49,625 nucleotides of DNA, from the NCBI GenBank assembly GCA_002104905.1, contig MCFE01000651.1, positions 1 through 49,625 of the forward strand, written 5' to 3'. This stretch comes from Basidiobolus meristosporus CBS 931.73. Its lineage: Eukaryota; Fungi; Basidiobolomycota. The position numbers and the translations under genes are program-made. The notes below the pieces were generated by a model. It worked only from the letters and a program-made list of their open reading frames with translations, did not search any database and was not told the origin of the DNA. This document shows, in pieces, positions 46,566 through 49,625 of this stretch; the first letter of the stretch is position 1; the number at the start of each line of letters is the position of its first letter.

Positions 46566-47102
46566 ATGCGTTTTACTACAGCAGCAGTGATTTTGGCCCT
46601 CGCTTCTCTTCAACTGGCGGTTGCTGCTCCAATCGGCTGCTCCTCTCCTTGTACCAGTGAGCGTAAAAGGGTTAATTATCGTAGCTCACCATGTGCACAG
46701 TATGCGGAAGGTTGCCATCAGAATGTCCAAGTGTTGCCAACCATCAAGACAGTAAATGTCCAAGCCCCATTCTTACGTCAGGTGTTCACTACTGTTACCA
46801 GAAAACACGACAATCTGAACACTGCTACTGCCCGCAGTGATAAAGGCTTCAACGTGGAGTACCAAGCAGGCCCCAGTCTCGAAGCAGAGGGCTCAGCTAG
46901 CGCATTAGAATACGCCAAGCAGAAGGAAGCCGAGCACTCGGATGACAGTTATTCGAATCCCTATGTCTTTATGCAGCCCACCCATGATGTGCAATACTCA
47001 GAACCCATGGTTGAGACCCAATGCGTCTCAGACTGTCCTGAGCAAAATGAACAATATACAGAGCCCATGGAGAATACCGAGTGTGCTGATAATTGCGCTT
47101 GA
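46566..47102 (+). CDS. Family B secreted protein
   Basis: Intact; close paralog of 42025-42561. Confidence 0.85.
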   Translation: MRFTTAAVILALASLQLAVAAPIGCSSPCTSERKRVNYRSSPCAQYAEGCHQNVQVLPTIKTVNVQAPFLRQVFTTVTRKHDNLNTATARSDKGFNVEYQAGPSLEAEGSASALEYAKQKEAEHSDDSYSNPYVFMQPTHDVQYSEPMVETQCVSDCPEQNEQYTEPMENTECADNCA

Positions 47103-47447
47103 AGTAGCCTAATAAGCTTACATACTCTTTCTTTCAACCATGAAGAAATAGGGAATTTACTAGAAACAATATGAATAGTATGATGCCAAGGGAGCAATAC
47201 ACCAATTAATGGGCACATATACCCGGGCTCAAATCTCACCCTCCCATAAATATTCACCTCATATGATGGCATAATCCGTCTTTAATTATGGCGATAGAGT
47301 AGAACATAGATACATACATTTATGCCTCTTTTCTCACTAAAAGCCTGCGGAAGGGATGAATATTTACACAATGCATATCTCTCCATGTACTCTGGTTTCC
47401 CTATTTTATTGTTAACAGCGCAGGAATCTCAGTGCTCCATGTTTACA

Positions 47448-47828
47448 TTAATATCTGTAGCGGCGTCGTTCACAACGACTACACGATAGTTGATCATAAT
47501 CATCACTTTCGTATTTGTCTTCGTCCTCATCTGGGATCGGTGATTGCACATATGTAGGCGTAGATGGCTGGAATAACGTCTGATCCACCAACTGCACCTG
47601 GTCATATTGATTTGAGTTGGAGAGAGCTTGGGCATCTTGCGCAGAGTTAGCCTCGATGCTGTCCAGCAACGGAGAGGCATCTGGGACATCCGATGGGTAG
47701 TCTGTCGATGAATATGATTCAGTTGAATCAAGGTATGGCGTCTGGTTGTTGTATGTATCGATGGGAGATGCATAGGATGCACCGGCCAAGAATACTAAGG
47801 TGGATAGAATGTAGGTATTGTAATGCAT
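47448..47828 (-). CDS. Family C secreted protein
   Basis: Intact; close paralog of 42924-43295. Confidence 0.8.
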   Translation of the reverse strand: MHYNTYILSTLVFLAGASYASPIDTYNNQTPYLDSTESYSSTDYPSDVPDASPLLDSIEANSAQDAQALSNSNQYDQVQLVDQTLFQPSTPTYVQSPIPDEDEDKYESDDYDQLSCSRCERRRYRY

Positions 47829-48385
47829 ATTGGTGCTTAGTGATACTCGACAATTACTTTTATCCATACTTTTATACATGATAGGCATGATTGATCAACG
47901 ATTGTCAGCTACCCAAGCACAGCTTACTAAATTATTTAGCCAAAGTTAATCATCATTTTATTCAGAACAACTAAATGAAGAGGCGATTATCATTTCACAT
48001 GCACTTCACATACATTTCACATTCAATAGTGAAACCAGTGTTGTTGATCAGCGATCAAGTCAACCAATCATTGGGTTGCATGACGAAAAATAAATAAGCA
48101 TCAATTGACCAATTGGCATTCAAGATTGGCATTCAATATTGGGTTGGTCCTAGCAAATATCGAACCTCAAGTCTTCAACTAGGCGAGACCACTCGTGATT
48201 ATAAAATCAGTCTATAAGTATGATTTACACTATACGTGTTAGCGTATTTATTTCTCGTATCCATGAGCTAAGTATTGTTTTTACATGGATTACATAATAT
48301 CTAGCTTTGTCAATATTACAGGATATATGAGCCATTAGTCGATACTTTGCTGAGTTAGATATAGGATTTACTGTTATGCAGTTCT

Positions 48386-48640
48386 AGAGTTCTAACCAGA
48401 ACAGGATGAGGGCGAAGGTGAAGGTGAAGGCAGAGACTGAATGGACGGCAATACCACTCAGCTAGAGTCACGTGTTCCTGACTTCAAGACAAAGTCAAAG
48501 CTCACTCATCCGAGTCACCCAACCAACAACGCGGATGCACCCTCTCAGTCCAATCAGTTTGACCAAACCCTCTACCAGCAAAGCAGCAACAATCCCAAAT
48601 TACCATCACTCAGCCAGAAACCGCTAGCTATGGTGGTAAC
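48386..48640 (+). pseudogene. Family A relic
   Basis: CCAGAACAGGATGA..GGCGAAGG, SNQFDQTLYQ and PQ..ITQP blocks; no 5' end. Confidence 0.7.
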
Positions 48641-48882
48641 ATAATCATATCTATGGCGTAGCACGATGGGGAGCAGGACAAGGCTGTCCAGTTTGCAAGA
48701 TAATAAGCCAGCTACGATTAGTGGACAGTAGATGAATTGGATAATGATGGAAATAAACAATAAATCATAGTAGCTGGGGAAGTTGTTGGCTGGCTGTCAC
48801 TGAACGCTCTGTATTAGCACGCAGTAGGCACATAAGAATTTATTTATGACAGAATGAAAAGGATTGATTATATTTGTTTGCA

Positions 48883-49036
48883 TTAATATCTGCGTCTACG
48901 GTTGCGTCGTTGACAACGGTTGCACGACGGTGAATCATTGTCGTCGCCTTCATCCAAAGCGACAGTTTGCACGTATGACGGCACAGATTCAGGTTAGTAC
49001 AATGTCTGATCGTATTGGTTCTGGTTAGAAAGAGCA
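48883..49036 (-). pseudogene. Diverged family C relic
   Basis: ALSNQNQYDQTLY*..PSCNRCQRRNRRRRY*; no start codon found. Confidence 0.65.
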
Positions 49037-49625
49037 CTGGTTAGGTAATAGTTAATCAGAGTGAATAAAGTTAATCACTTTCAATTAGAGTTGATTGGGA
49101 TTTGTTTATTCAATATCAAGTAAACACGACAACTATCAGTATGTTGGGCAGCGCCATTCTATCATTGGTAGTATTGTGGGTTTGATTCTATAAATGCTTG
49201 AATATACAAATCCATTGATTCATAGAAATATACATGAATTGGGTAACTATAGAGTAACTGCGAGAATGCTACTTGTTGTTATTTGACAGGTTCAATATAT
49301 TACTACCATTCAGGTGAGTCCTGGTGATATCGAGAGCGTTCTTACATCCGTCACAGCAATTGAAAGCTAATCAGCTACATCAACCATCAATATCCAAGAT
49401 ATAATACGTAGCCAAATGCACTATATATCTTCCCAAGTGTATGAAGCAAAATACTCAGTAACCCTTCAAGATGCGTCTCGGTGCTTAGTGATGTTCGTTT
49501 ATCCATACAGTTATACATGATTCATCAACGATCATCACTACCCAAAGTACAGTTTATTAAATTATCTAGCCAAAGTTAATCATCATTTTGTTTAGAACAA
49601 CTAAAAGAGTCGATTATCGTTTCAC

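Larger units (their letters stand above)
40130..48190. repeat. ~4.5-5-kb tandem segmental duplication (40.1-43.6 kb vs 45.0-48.2 kb) of the C/A/B/C cassette
   Basis: Collinear genes and intergenic blocks; B offset 4541. Confidence 0.85.

Noticed and set aside
1-49625. CRISPR arrays, rRNA, prokaryotic operons
   Set aside because: None seen; all repeats are eukaryotic telomeric, tandem or segmental types.

Overview
Left chromosome end of a eukaryote, most plausibly an early-diverging fungus (inferred from TTAGGG telomere, short GTAAGT..YAG introns, Hsp31-type gene and TE set; not proven). (CCCTAA)28 at 1-168 is followed by a 1.6-kb element embedded between telomeric repeats. It carries 101-bp tandem repeats, one coiled-coil ORF1-like gene, no RT, and two 3' ends that each finish with AATAAA + hairpin + CCCTAACCC. 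It is joined by CCC microhomology to a broken copy of a secreted-protein gene/tRNA-Leu(CAG) locus whose intact copy is at 33.3-34.2 kb. A decayed Ty3/gypsy element and extra LTRs sit 11 bp upstream of tRNA-Leu copies. The rest is a birth-and-death subtelomeric island of small secreted proteins: three unknown families (my labels A, B, C) co-duplicated in cassettes, a Cys-rich prepro-protein (E), a singleton (F), three tandem beta-defensin-like genes, two DJ-1/PfpI (Hsp31-like) genes, and a 72-aa orphan. Also present are a TTAA-flanked piggyBac and decayed Ty1/copia sequence. TE and telomere-proximal copies show directional CpG->TpG/CpA decay. All homology calls are motif recognition by eye; no searches were run.
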